DNA of 64,000 bases from Chloroflexota bacterium (GTDB lineage: Bacteria > Chloroflexota > UBA11872 > VXOZ01), in assembly GCA_965261635.1 (NCBI GenBank), contig OZ253463.1:555879-619878 (forward strand). Direction: 5' to 3'. A program made the translations under genes and the position numbers. The first letter of the stretch is position 1. Each line of letters opens with the position of its first letter. Shown here one piece after another: positions 56,826-64,000 of the stretch. Below the pieces are notes generated by a model, which was not told where the DNA came from, did no database searches, and saw nothing but the letters and a program-made list of their open reading frames with translations.

Positions 56826-58403
56826 GTGGTACGGCTAATGCGCCACCGGCTCGGCCTAGGCTCAATCTTAGGGCTTTGGCTCTTGCTAGGCAGCGCCTGT
56901 GCCGTCACTTACATTCCGGATGCGCAGGGCACGCCAAGAGCTGTTCTCCAGATTCCCTTAACACCCGTACCGACTCCATCACCGCAGGCTGCGCCGCCCG
57001 CCGCGGGCACGCCTTTGCCAACGCCTACCGCGCTCCCCGCTACGGCCACGCCGCAACCGTCGCCTACGGCGCTCCCCGCTACGGCCACGCCGCAGCCATC
57101 GCCTACCGCGCTCCCCGCTACGGCCACGCCGCAACCAACGCCTACCGCGCTCCCCGCTACGGCCACGCCGCAGCCATCGCCTACCGCGCTCCCCGCTACC
57201 GCCACGCCGCAGCCAATGCCTACCGCGCTCCTCGCTACGGCCACGCCGCAGCCAACGCCTACGGCGCTCCCCGCTACGGCCACGCCGCAGCCAACGCCTA
57301 CGGCGCTCCCCGCTACGGCCACGCCGCAGCCAACGCCTACCGCGCTCCCGGCTACCGCCACGCCGCTGCCAACGCCTACCGCGCTCCCGGCTACCGCCAC
57401 GCCACTACCTACGCCAACTGCTCCCCCTGCGACGGCTACGCCGTTGCCAAGTCCGACGCCAGTGCTGCGACGCGTAACCGACCCAGGCTGCTGCACCGGC
57501 ATCTGGTGGTCCGCCGACGGGACGAAAGTGCTCTACGTTGACAAGCCGGATGAGCGTCCGGCTGCCATATGGGGGATTGACATCGCGACGGGAGCGAGAG
57601 CGCCATACAGCACGGTGGTGGGTGCGTTGCAGTATGGCGACCGATATGTGATTATCCCGCAATATCCAACGCTGCGGAGCGTCACCGTGCATGATCGCGA
57701 AACTGAAAAGAGTTGGGGTCTCACTGGGATTGGCAGTGTCGCATTCATTTCGCCCGACGGTACACGCATTGCCTACGATGGGCGCATGGCGCAAGAGCCG
57801 CTCTACGCCAACCGCCGCCAGGCGCCGATCGTCGTGGCGGATTTGGACGGCAGCAACCCGCGCCTCTTGGCCACGATCTTTGGCGGCGGCATTGTGGACT
57901 GGTTTGCGGATGGGTCACGCTTGCTGATACTGGGCACGCAGACCTTAGGCGCCCCACGCCCGGCTCTCTGGCACGTTGACGTGACAACCGGCGCTATCGA
58001 GAAACTCGACGATTCGGCGCACTTGCGCAATGTCTCGATTTCGCCGGATGGCGCGTGGGTTGCCTTTCTTACGCTATTTGAAGAAGATCCGTACTGGAAC
58101 ACGACCTGGGCGATGAACGTGCAGACGGGCGAGCAGCCACGGCTTGCGTTCGCTGGGCGCTACCATTGGATTACCAGCGAAAACGCGTCGCTCGTCTATG
58201 TTCCTCTGCGTGAATCAGCGGACGAGGGTTTCGCCGTGTGGAAGGTGGACGTAGCTTCCGGCGAACGGTCTCAACTAATCGATCCCAAACAGATGCCGCT
58301 CTTCATCGCTAAAGGCGATTGGGCGGTTGCCCCCGACGGGCGACACATTGCGTTCGTCTCCGCTAAGGACTACGCTATCTGGCTGTTTGAACTGATCCCG
58401 TGA
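56826..58403 (+). CDS. secreted protein with ~10 tandem PTPTALPATATPQP repeats followed by a TolB/PD40-like beta-propeller
   Basis: Signal peptide, 14-aa Pro/Thr repeats, then WWSADGTKVLYV..., ISPDGTRIAYDG..., ISPDGAWVAF..., VAPDGRHIAFV (PD40-like blades). Confidence 0.6.
   Translation: MVRLMRHRLGLGSILGLWLLLGSACAVTYIPDAQGTPRAVLQIPLTPVPTPSPQAAPPAAGTPLPTPTALPATATPQPSPTALPATATPQPSPTALPATATPQPTPTALPATATPQPSPTALPATATPQPMPTALLATATPQPTPTALPATATPQPTPTALPATATPQPTPTALPATATPLPTPTALPATATPLPTPTAPPATATPLPSPTPVLRRVTDPGCCTGIWWSADGTKVLYVDKPDERPAAIWGIDIATGARAPYSTVVGALQYGDRYVIIPQYPTLRSVTVHDRETEKSWGLTGIGSVAFISPDGTRIAYDGRMAQEPLYANRRQAPIVVADLDGSNPRLLATIFGGGIVDWFADGSRLLILGTQTLGAPRPALWHVDVTTGAIEKLDDSAHLRNVSISPDGAWVAFLTLFEEDPYWNTTWAMNVQTGEQPRLAFAGRYHWITSENASLVYVPLRESADEGFAVWKVDVASGERSQLIDPKQMPLFIAKGDWAVAPDGRHIAFVSAKDYAIWLFELIP
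57010..57450. repeat. 42-bp tandem repeat array (~10 copies, near-identical) inside CDS 56826-58403
   Basis: Unit cgcctaccgcgctccccgctacggccacgccgcagccaa(c/t)g; copies differ by single substitutions. Confidence 0.7.
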
Positions 58404-58426
58404 CGTCGGGCAGCGTCGGCGAGAGG

Positions 58427-58454
58427 GTAAGGGCACGGCATGCCGTGCCCCTAC
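58427..58454. terminator. REP family b2 palindrome GTAAGGGCACGGCATGCCGTGCCCCTAC
   Basis: 24 nt after the stop at 58403; one mismatch in the stem. Confidence 0.4.
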
Positions 58455-58611
58455 GATTCATGCAATACTGCACAACCATAAGGCCTTATCCCAGGTATGC
58501 GGTTTGGCGTGGCGTGCGGCGACAATTGTTTTCGCGTATAGTCGCCTCCAGGTAGGCTTTCAGTACTGCCCCGATCTGTACCCGCTTTTCTTATGAAACC
58601 TTACACGACCT

Positions 58612-59076
58612 ATGCGACTGTTCGCCCTGGATATGAGTCTCTGGCTGCCGCAACCAATAGAGCACGTATTTTCATTCTTCGCCGGAGCGGCGAACCTGGA
58701 GGGCCTCACCCCGCCATGGCTCCGATTCAAGATATTCACGCCCCTGCCGATTGAAATGGCGGTCGGTACCCGTATTGACTATCGGCTGCGGTATCGCGGT
58801 GTGCCGCTGCGGTGGCGCACGGAAATTCTGGCGTGGGAACCGCCGCACTGGTTTGTGGACAGCCAGATCAAGGGCCCCTACCGACGCTGGGTGCACGAGC
58901 ACGTGTTTCTGGAGCGGGACGGCGGGACGCTAGTCGTGGAGCAGGTGGAGTATGCGCTGCCGGGCGGCGCGCTCACCAATGCGTTGCTCATTGGCCGCGA
59001 CCTGGATCGTATCTTTGCCTACCGGCAGCAACGGCTGCTGGAGTTATTCGGCGGTACAACCCCTGCTGAGGGATAG
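58612..59076 (+). CDS. SRPBCC (polyketide cyclase/dehydrase-like) family protein
   Basis: ...WVHEHVFLERDGGTLVVEQVEYALPGG... typical Polyketide_cyc2 signature. Confidence 0.7.
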   Translation: MRLFALDMSLWLPQPIEHVFSFFAGAANLEGLTPPWLRFKIFTPLPIEMAVGTRIDYRLRYRGVPLRWRTEILAWEPPHWFVDSQIKGPYRRWVHEHVFLERDGGTLVVEQVEYALPGGALTNALLIGRDLDRIFAYRQQRLLELFGGTTPAEG

Positions 59077-59129
59077 GGGCCTCCTGCTCCAATCCGATCC
59101 GTGGGCAGACTTTCCGTGCAGTTACACAT

Positions 59130-59157
59130 GTAGGGGCACGGCATGCCGTGCCCCTAC
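59130..59157. terminator. REP family b2 perfect palindrome GTAGGGGCACGGCATGCCGTGCCCCTAC, bidirectional terminator between convergent genes
   Basis: Lies between the SRPBCC stop (59076) and the gnd stop (59195). Confidence 0.45.
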
Positions 59158-59194
59158 ATTACACGCGGGAAAAGTCGCCTACGGCGAATACTGG

Positions 59195-60631
59195 TTAGAT
59201 GTTATGAATATCCTGCCATTCGGTATGGAATGCACCTTCCATGTCTACGCGCTGGTAGGTATGCGCGCCGAAGTAGTCGCGCTGGGCCTGCACGAGGTTC
59301 GCGGGCAGCCGCGCCGTGCGGTAGCCTTCGATATAGTTGAGCGCGGCGCTCAGCGCCGGTGTAGGCAGGCCCTGGGAGACAGCTTCCGCCACAATTCGGC
59401 GCAGGTTTGGCGTCCGCTGCCTTACGTCGCTCGCAAACGGTTCCGCCAGCATGAGGTTGGGAAGCGTCGGATCGGCCGCGAACGCCTGCTTGATCGGTTC
59501 GAGCATCAGCGAACGGATGATGCAGCCGCCTTTCCAGATACGGGCAACGGTGGCCAGATTCAGGTTGTAGTTTCGTTCGGCTGAGGCTGCCGTCAGCAGA
59601 TGCATGCCCTGGGCATAGGCGGAGACCGCAGCCAAGTAGACGGCGTCTTGGAGCGCGGGCAGGAGCTCTTCCCGTGTACCGTCGAACTGAGGCGACGCGC
59701 CGTGCAGGATGCCGGCGGTTTGCTCGCGGACTTCTTTGAAACTGGAGAGAATCCGCGCTTCCGTGGCGGCGGTGATAGTGGGAATGGGGACACCGTGGTC
59801 CAGCGCGCTCTGGGACGTCCACTTTCCCGTGCCCTTCTGCGCCGCGCTATCCGTGATGATCTCGACGACGTACTTGTCGGTTTCGGGGTCTTCGCGGGTG
59901 AGGATGTCGGCCGTGATCTCTACGAGGAATGACTGCAGTTCGCCGGCATTCCAACCGGCGACGACCTCTTGGATTTCGGGTACCGTCATGCCGAGGCCGC
60001 GATACATTACGTCATAGGCTTCGGCGAGCACCTGCATGATGCCGTACTCAATGCCGTTGTGGACCATCTTGACGTAATGGCCGGCCGACCCCGGTCCCAG
60101 GTAGGCGCAGCAGGGGCCGTCGTCCACCTGCGCCGCGATCTTTGTGAAGATCGGTTCCACTGCGGCATACGCCGCCTCGGTGCCGCCGGGCATGATAGAA
60201 GGGCCGTGCAGCGCGCCGTACTCGCCGCCGCTCACTCCGGTACCGATATAGCCGCGACCCTCTGCCTCTACGCGGGTGGCGCGCTGCTCGGTATCGTCGT
60301 AGAATGAATTGCCGCCATCGATGATGAGATCGCCGGGCTCGAACAATGGCAGCAGCGCGTCGATCACGGCATCCACGGCCGCGCCGGCTTGTACCAACAC
60401 TATCGCTTTGCGTGGACGCTTCAGTGCGCTTACGAACTCTTCCAGCGTCAGGGCGCCCACCACGTTCTTGCCCTGTCCGCGTTCCCTGACAAACGCCTCG
60501 GTACGCGACGTTGTACGGTTGAATACGGCGACAGTAAAGCCTTTGCTCTCTATATTCAATGCAAGATTTTGCCCCATCACTGCCATGCCAATGACACCGA
60601 TATCACAGGTCCCGGTATGTTGCTCAGCCAT
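59195..60631 (-). CDS. gnd: 6-phosphogluconate dehydrogenase (decarboxylating)
   Basis: IGVIGMAVMGQNLALNIESKGF (NADP Rossmann) and full-length 6PGDH C-terminal domain. Confidence 0.9.
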   Translation of the reverse strand: MAEQHTGTCDIGVIGMAVMGQNLALNIESKGFTVAVFNRTTSRTEAFVRERGQGKNVVGALTLEEFVSALKRPRKAIVLVQAGAAVDAVIDALLPLFEPGDLIIDGGNSFYDDTEQRATRVEAEGRGYIGTGVSGGEYGALHGPSIMPGGTEAAYAAVEPIFTKIAAQVDDGPCCAYLGPGSAGHYVKMVHNGIEYGIMQVLAEAYDVMYRGLGMTVPEIQEVVAGWNAGELQSFLVEITADILTREDPETDKYVVEIITDSAAQKGTGKWTSQSALDHGVPIPTITAATEARILSSFKEVREQTAGILHGASPQFDGTREELLPALQDAVYLAAVSAYAQGMHLLTAASAERNYNLNLATVARIWKGGCIIRSLMLEPIKQAFAADPTLPNLMLAEPFASDVRQRTPNLRRIVAEAVSQGLPTPALSAALNYIEGYRTARLPANLVQAQRDYFGAHTYQRVDMEGAFHTEWQDIHNI

Positions 60632-61087
60632 GTTTCTTGTCCCTTTTCCCTCTACGCAATTGCATCATCCGTGCTCTGTCGTCAGTATCGCCAGGTATAG
60701 TAGACTCTCTGCCGAGGCTCCGCCAACAAGGGTCGTTGACGGTAGTCACCCTTAACACGGCCCGATAAGTCTCGTTCATTCTCGCAAATGTGTGACCGGA
60801 TTGGGTTAGGGCTTGGCTGCAGCGGCTTGAAAATACGAAGCCGCTAATGCCGTTGGTTCGCAGACACAGACACTGCCAGGGCCGGTAGTAGCGCCACCCG
60901 CCCCTGCGCTTGATTGTAGCAGGTAGGGCTTAGGTTACGCCTGCCGTTACACCTTTCTGCAGAGTTCTGCGCAACTCTGATGAACACGCGGAATTGGCCT
61001 GGGACGGTGATGAAGTCCCCTCACTTCAGCTCTCTCAATTGTGAAGCACGAGCAACCGGGCGGGGCTGGATATGATTGACGGGGATT

Positions 61088-61130
61088 TCCCCTCACCCTA
61101 GCCCTCTCCTTCGATGGAGAGGGGATTCGG
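61088..61130. repeat. REP-like palindrome CCCCTCACCCTAGCCCTCTCC-ttcgat-GGAGAGGGGATTCGG
   Basis: In the cbiM upstream region; related to family d. Confidence 0.3.
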
Positions 61131-61328
61131 AGGCGGCGAACGAGGCTATGCAACGGTCTCCTTGGGAGATGGGGTCTCTTCGCCTGCCGGCCAGGGCTGT
61201 GCAAGAGTGTCTTTAGGGGGAAGCGCAGATTCGCCCAAAAACATAGGCAACGGTGGGTTGTGTATAATCCACGCGTAGTTGTGTACTGTAATTGCAACCC
61301 GCGCTCGTAGTGAGGAGAGTCGCAGCGC

Positions 61329-62117
61329 ATGACGCACATAATGGTGCCGGACGGAGTCTTTCCACTCTGGCTGTGGGGACTTGGCTGGGGAGGAACGGCG
61401 GGCCTGGTCGTCTTGATTGGGCTGCGCGCGGGTCGTGAAGACATGGTGCGAAAAGTCCCTCTAATCGGGGTGATGGCTGCGCTGATGACCGTTGCCATGT
61501 CGTTTGCGCTTGTCCCCATTGCCTATGAACCGCACCTAACCGTCTTGGCGGGTATCTTGCTTGGTCCTGTTTACGGCTTTATTGCGGGACTCATCTTCAT
61601 CATCCTCCGCTGGCTCATGGGCGATGGCGCCGTTACGCTCATAGGAATCAACGCACTGCTCATGGGCGCGGAGATTACTGTGGGGTATCTCCTCTTCCGA
61701 GGACTCCTCAGAACGCTATCCGAGCGGGCTGCGCTTGCCGCAGGTGTGAGCGCATTCATAGCGCTTGCGCTTACAACGCTGCTGTTTCTCGGTGTGGTGG
61801 CGGTGGCCAACGTGGACCCCTTTCAGGGAGAAATGGGGGAACTCGGCGCCTACAATGTAGAGACAGGCACAATTCAAAACCCCTTTGCCGAGGGCGTGGT
61901 GGCCTTGCACGTGTTCGAGGGAGATGATGAAGAGCACGAGGCACCACCTACCATCGGGGGGGAGTCACCGTTCACGATATTCATGCGTGCAGTGCTGATC
62001 CTGGGCTTAATCGGGTGGGTGTTGGAGAGTGTCTTGGTGGGGCTGATCGTCGGCTTTCTGGTGCGCGTGCGCCGCGACCTGGTGCTACCGCCGCGAACTC
62101 CGTCTGCCAACGCATAG
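61329..62117 (+). CDS. cbiM: ECF transporter substrate-capture (S) component, CbiM/NikM family
   Basis: N-terminal MTHIMVPDGVFPLW (CbiM MHIxDG motif) and multiple TM helices; TGTGTATAAT -10-like box at ~61268-61277. Confidence 0.55.
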   Translation: MTHIMVPDGVFPLWLWGLGWGGTAGLVVLIGLRAGREDMVRKVPLIGVMAALMTVAMSFALVPIAYEPHLTVLAGILLGPVYGFIAGLIFIILRWLMGDGAVTLIGINALLMGAEITVGYLLFRGLLRTLSERAALAAGVSAFIALALTTLLFLGVVAVANVDPFQGEMGELGAYNVETGTIQNPFAEGVVALHVFEGDDEEHEAPPTIGGESPFTIFMRAVLILGLIGWVLESVLVGLIVGFLVRVRRDLVLPPRTPSANA

Positions 62118-62144
62118 AGAACGCTCGTTTATTCATCGGTGCGC

Positions 62145-62217
62145 GTAGGGGAGCGACATGTCGTGTGCCAACGGTGAAACGATAGATTGAGTAGGGGAAC
62201 GACATGTCGTGCCCCTT
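62145..62217. repeat. two degenerate REP family b2 palindromes (62145-62170, 62191-62217)
   Basis: GTAGGGGAGCGACATGTCGTGTGCC and GTAGGGGAACGACATGTCGTGCCCCTT between cbiM and cbiQ. Confidence 0.4.
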
Positions 62218-62289
62218 CGGTGAGAGCGAACGAGCTACGTGGGGCCTTGAGCGTGCGCGTATTGACAGCGACGAGAGGACCGGGCGCTG

Positions 62290-63138
62290 ATGGACATTGG
62301 AACGGTTGACCTATGGGCCACGCACTACCGCAGTTGGCTCCATAGTGCGACGCTCGCGGCCAAGGTGGTGCTGGTCGTGGCGGTGCTATGCACCGTAATG
62401 CTCGCGGACCACTTTCTGCTGTTGCTCGCCACCTACGCGTTCGTGCTGGCCTTGCTTCTCACCACGCCCCTCCCGGTGGTGACGCTCAGCGCGACCTCGC
62501 TCTATACCGTGCTCTTCGTGGCCGTCTTTGCCGTCTCGCGCTGGGACGGCACTTGGCTGACGCCGCTCACGATCGTTGCCAAGGCTCCCACCATGGCGCT
62601 CGTAATCCTGCTGGTGGTTACGACCACGCCCTATCCGCGCATCTTCGCGCTCTTTAGCCGGTTTCTCCCCGCGCTTGTGGCTGAGAGCCTGCTGATGGCG
62701 TATCGAGCGATCTTCGTCCTGTTGGAACTCACCCGGCGCCTCCTGCTCACACTGCGCTTGCGGGGCGGTCTCGGCGGCGGTTCACCGTGGCAACGCCTAA
62801 AGAACTTGAGCATGGGTTTGGGTCTCGTCTTTGTGCACAGCATGGACTACCTGCAGCGCCTCTACATGGTCATGCGGCTGCGCGGGTATTCCGGTCACGT
62901 GGCTGCCGCGCCCGGCAAGGAGACTCCTCCCCATCATTCCGGCGGAAGCCGGAATCCACCTGCTCTTCTCTGGCGCAATGACGCACCGTTGTTCGCCGTA
63001 GCGCTCGTCATTGTTGCGAGCGCGCTCATAGGACGCGCGAGCGGAGCTGCTTGGCCTATGTACGGTTTGGCAGTGGTGAGTGTTGTCGTTCTGGTTGGAG
63101 CTCAGCTCTACCGAATGACTCGCCGCGCTGCCGGCTAG
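62290..63138 (+). CDS. cbiQ: ECF transporter T component CbiQ-like, with an in-frame REP insertion near the 3' end
   Basis: Polytopic, ...AYRAIFVLLELTRRLLLTLRLRGG (T-component Arg motif region); 282 aa is longer than usual and the tail spans the family-c REP at 62933-62959. Confidence 0.45.
   Translation: MDIGTVDLWATHYRSWLHSATLAAKVVLVVAVLCTVMLADHFLLLLATYAFVLALLLTTPLPVVTLSATSLYTVLFVAVFAVSRWDGTWLTPLTIVAKAPTMALVILLVVTTTPYPRIFALFSRFLPALVAESLLMAYRAIFVLLELTRRLLLTLRLRGGLGGGSPWQRLKNLSMGLGLVFVHSMDYLQRLYMVMRLRGYSGHVAAAPGKETPPHHSGGSRNPPALLWRNDAPLFAVALVIVASALIGRASGAAWPMYGLAVVSVVVLVGAQLYRMTRRAAG
62933..62959. repeat. REP family c palindrome ATCATTCCGGC-ggaa-GCCGGAATCCAC inside cbiQ ORF
   Basis: Arms perfectly complementary; translated in-frame as HHSGGSRNPP. 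Confidence 0.45.
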
Positions 63139-63277
63139 GGCTGTACGAGGTATCATCGCGTATACTGATTAATATGTGCAGGTGCGGATAGCGGGTGTGG
63201 AAAGGAATACAGTAGAGACTGAACCGAGACCCTGAAGTGGAATAGTGATCAGTGGAACCGAGCAAGGAACGAGGATC

Positions 63278-64000
63278 ATGATGAGGTCAGTTGCGTCCGG
63301 CGGACTCTCTTTGTGTCTGCTGGTGATGGCGTTTTTGCTGAGTGGCTGTGCAGTGCAAGAACCCAATCTGATAGACGGAGAACCGGCGCCGCTCACCGTC
63401 GATGTACTGAAGAATGCCACGTATAGGTCTGAGTTTGTGAAGGCGGGGCAGGCGCAGTTGCAAGACGGAATGTACGAGGAGAAGATCGATCCTGACTCCG
63501 CGAGCAAGGTCACCCTTATGTTGAGCGAGCACATCGCCATTGGCGAGGTAAACGGCGATGGGATAGATGATGCCGCAGTAGTGCTTGTGGAAAGTGGGGG
63601 TGGCAGTGGCACATTCTACACGTTGGCTATCGTCATAAATAGAGCCGGTAGGCCTTTTCACTTTCACTCCGCCGCACTCGGGGACCGCATTCACCTCGAT
63701 TCGGTCGAGATTGAGGATGCCATCATTACGGTGCGGATGGTGTCGCATGGGGAGGGGGACGCCATGTGTTGCCCCACGCAAGCGGAAGTGCGCAGGTATG
63801 AGTTGGGATTTGGCGTGCTCAAATTGATTGAGCACACTACGGCGGCAGCAGGGCTGACAGCCGACGCGCTGCGAAACGCCACCTATCAGCATGAGTTCCC
63901 GAAAGAAGGAAAGGCGCAGTTGCAGGACGGGAAGTACGAAGAGGCAATCGAAGGCGTCGCAAGCAAGATTCACATCGCGCTGACCGATTCAATTGCCTTT
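63278..64000 (+). CDS. lipoprotein with internally duplicated domain (partial, runs off window end)
   Basis: MMRSVASGGLSLCLLVMAFLLSGC signal + lipobox, AAGGAACGAGGA RBS. NATYxxEFxKxGxAQLQDGxYEE occurs twice (residues ~47 and ~205). The minus-strand ORF 63287-63973 in the track is its antisense shadow. Confidence 0.6.
   Translation, partial: MMRSVASGGLSLCLLVMAFLLSGCAVQEPNLIDGEPAPLTVDVLKNATYRSEFVKAGQAQLQDGMYEEKIDPDSASKVTLMLSEHIAIGEVNGDGIDDAAVVLVESGGGSGTFYTLAIVINRAGRPFHFHSAALGDRIHLDSVEIEDAIITVRMVSHGEGDAMCCPTQAEVRRYELGFGVLKLIEHTTAAAGLTADALRNATYQHEFPKEGKAQLQDGKYEEAIEGVASKIHIALTDSIAF

Noticed and set aside
56909-57502. 197-aa minus ORF of GVAVAGSAVG repeats
   Set aside because: Reverse-frame reading of the 42-bp tandem array inside the PT-repeat protein gene.
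59202-59822. 206-aa minus alternate-frame ORF
   Set aside because: Out-of-frame overlap with gnd.
60632-61328. Cobalamin or NiCo riboswitch upstream of cbiM
   Set aside because: No B12-box (GCCACTG) or other recognisable aptamer consensus seen by eye; only a promoter-like TGTGTATAAT and a REP-like palindrome.
63287-63973. 228-aa minus-strand ORF
   Set aside because: Antisense to a + strand lipoprotein gene (63278 to window end) that has a clear signal peptide/lipobox and RBS.
1-64000. tRNA, rRNA or tmRNA genes
   Set aside because: Scanning for T-loop GTTCRANYC contexts and rRNA hallmarks by eye found none; cannot exclude without tRNAscan/cmsearch.

Overview
High-GC (~62%) bacterial chromosomal window. 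Conserved housekeeping genes (queF, a yhhQ-like preQ0 transporter, rplT and rpmI without infC, uvrB, pstSCAB, hflX, gnd, an ECF cbiM/Q pair, aminotransferases, a sugar-acid catabolic cluster) are interleaved with lower-GC accessory segments that look horizontally acquired.

There are three restriction-modification loci:
- a NotI-fold REase with a Dam-like (D12) adenine MTase, 5360-7185, plus an orphan PD-(D/E)xK-like ORF in the most AT-rich stretch, 4231-5160;
- a single-chain MmeI-family Type IIL R-M enzyme, 23055-25916, whose start codon overlaps the stop of a truncated IS1595 transposase;
- a beta-class SPPY MTase with an MvaI/BcnI-like REase, 39375-40936.

Other accessory content:
- a 2.4-kb cassette (AlbA_2/Schlafen-like ATP-binding protein plus a long ParA-like ATPase) bounded by perfect 39-bp direct repeats;
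- an XRE-HTH::NYN fusion;
- a hicAB toxin-antitoxin pair;
- a 435-aa orphan with a C-terminal Rx4H (HEPN-like) motif;
- a LamG domain split by a ~350-aa seven-repeat beta-propeller-like insertion.

The region is rich in small palindromic REP-like elements of at least four families, several at gene 3' ends where they probably act as terminators, and one inside the cbiQ reading frame. A ~1.5-kb segment carrying a Gfo/Idh/MocA oxidoreductase gene is tandemly duplicated. No rRNA, tRNA or CRISPR array was recognised. All family assignments are by eye from motifs; none is search-verified.
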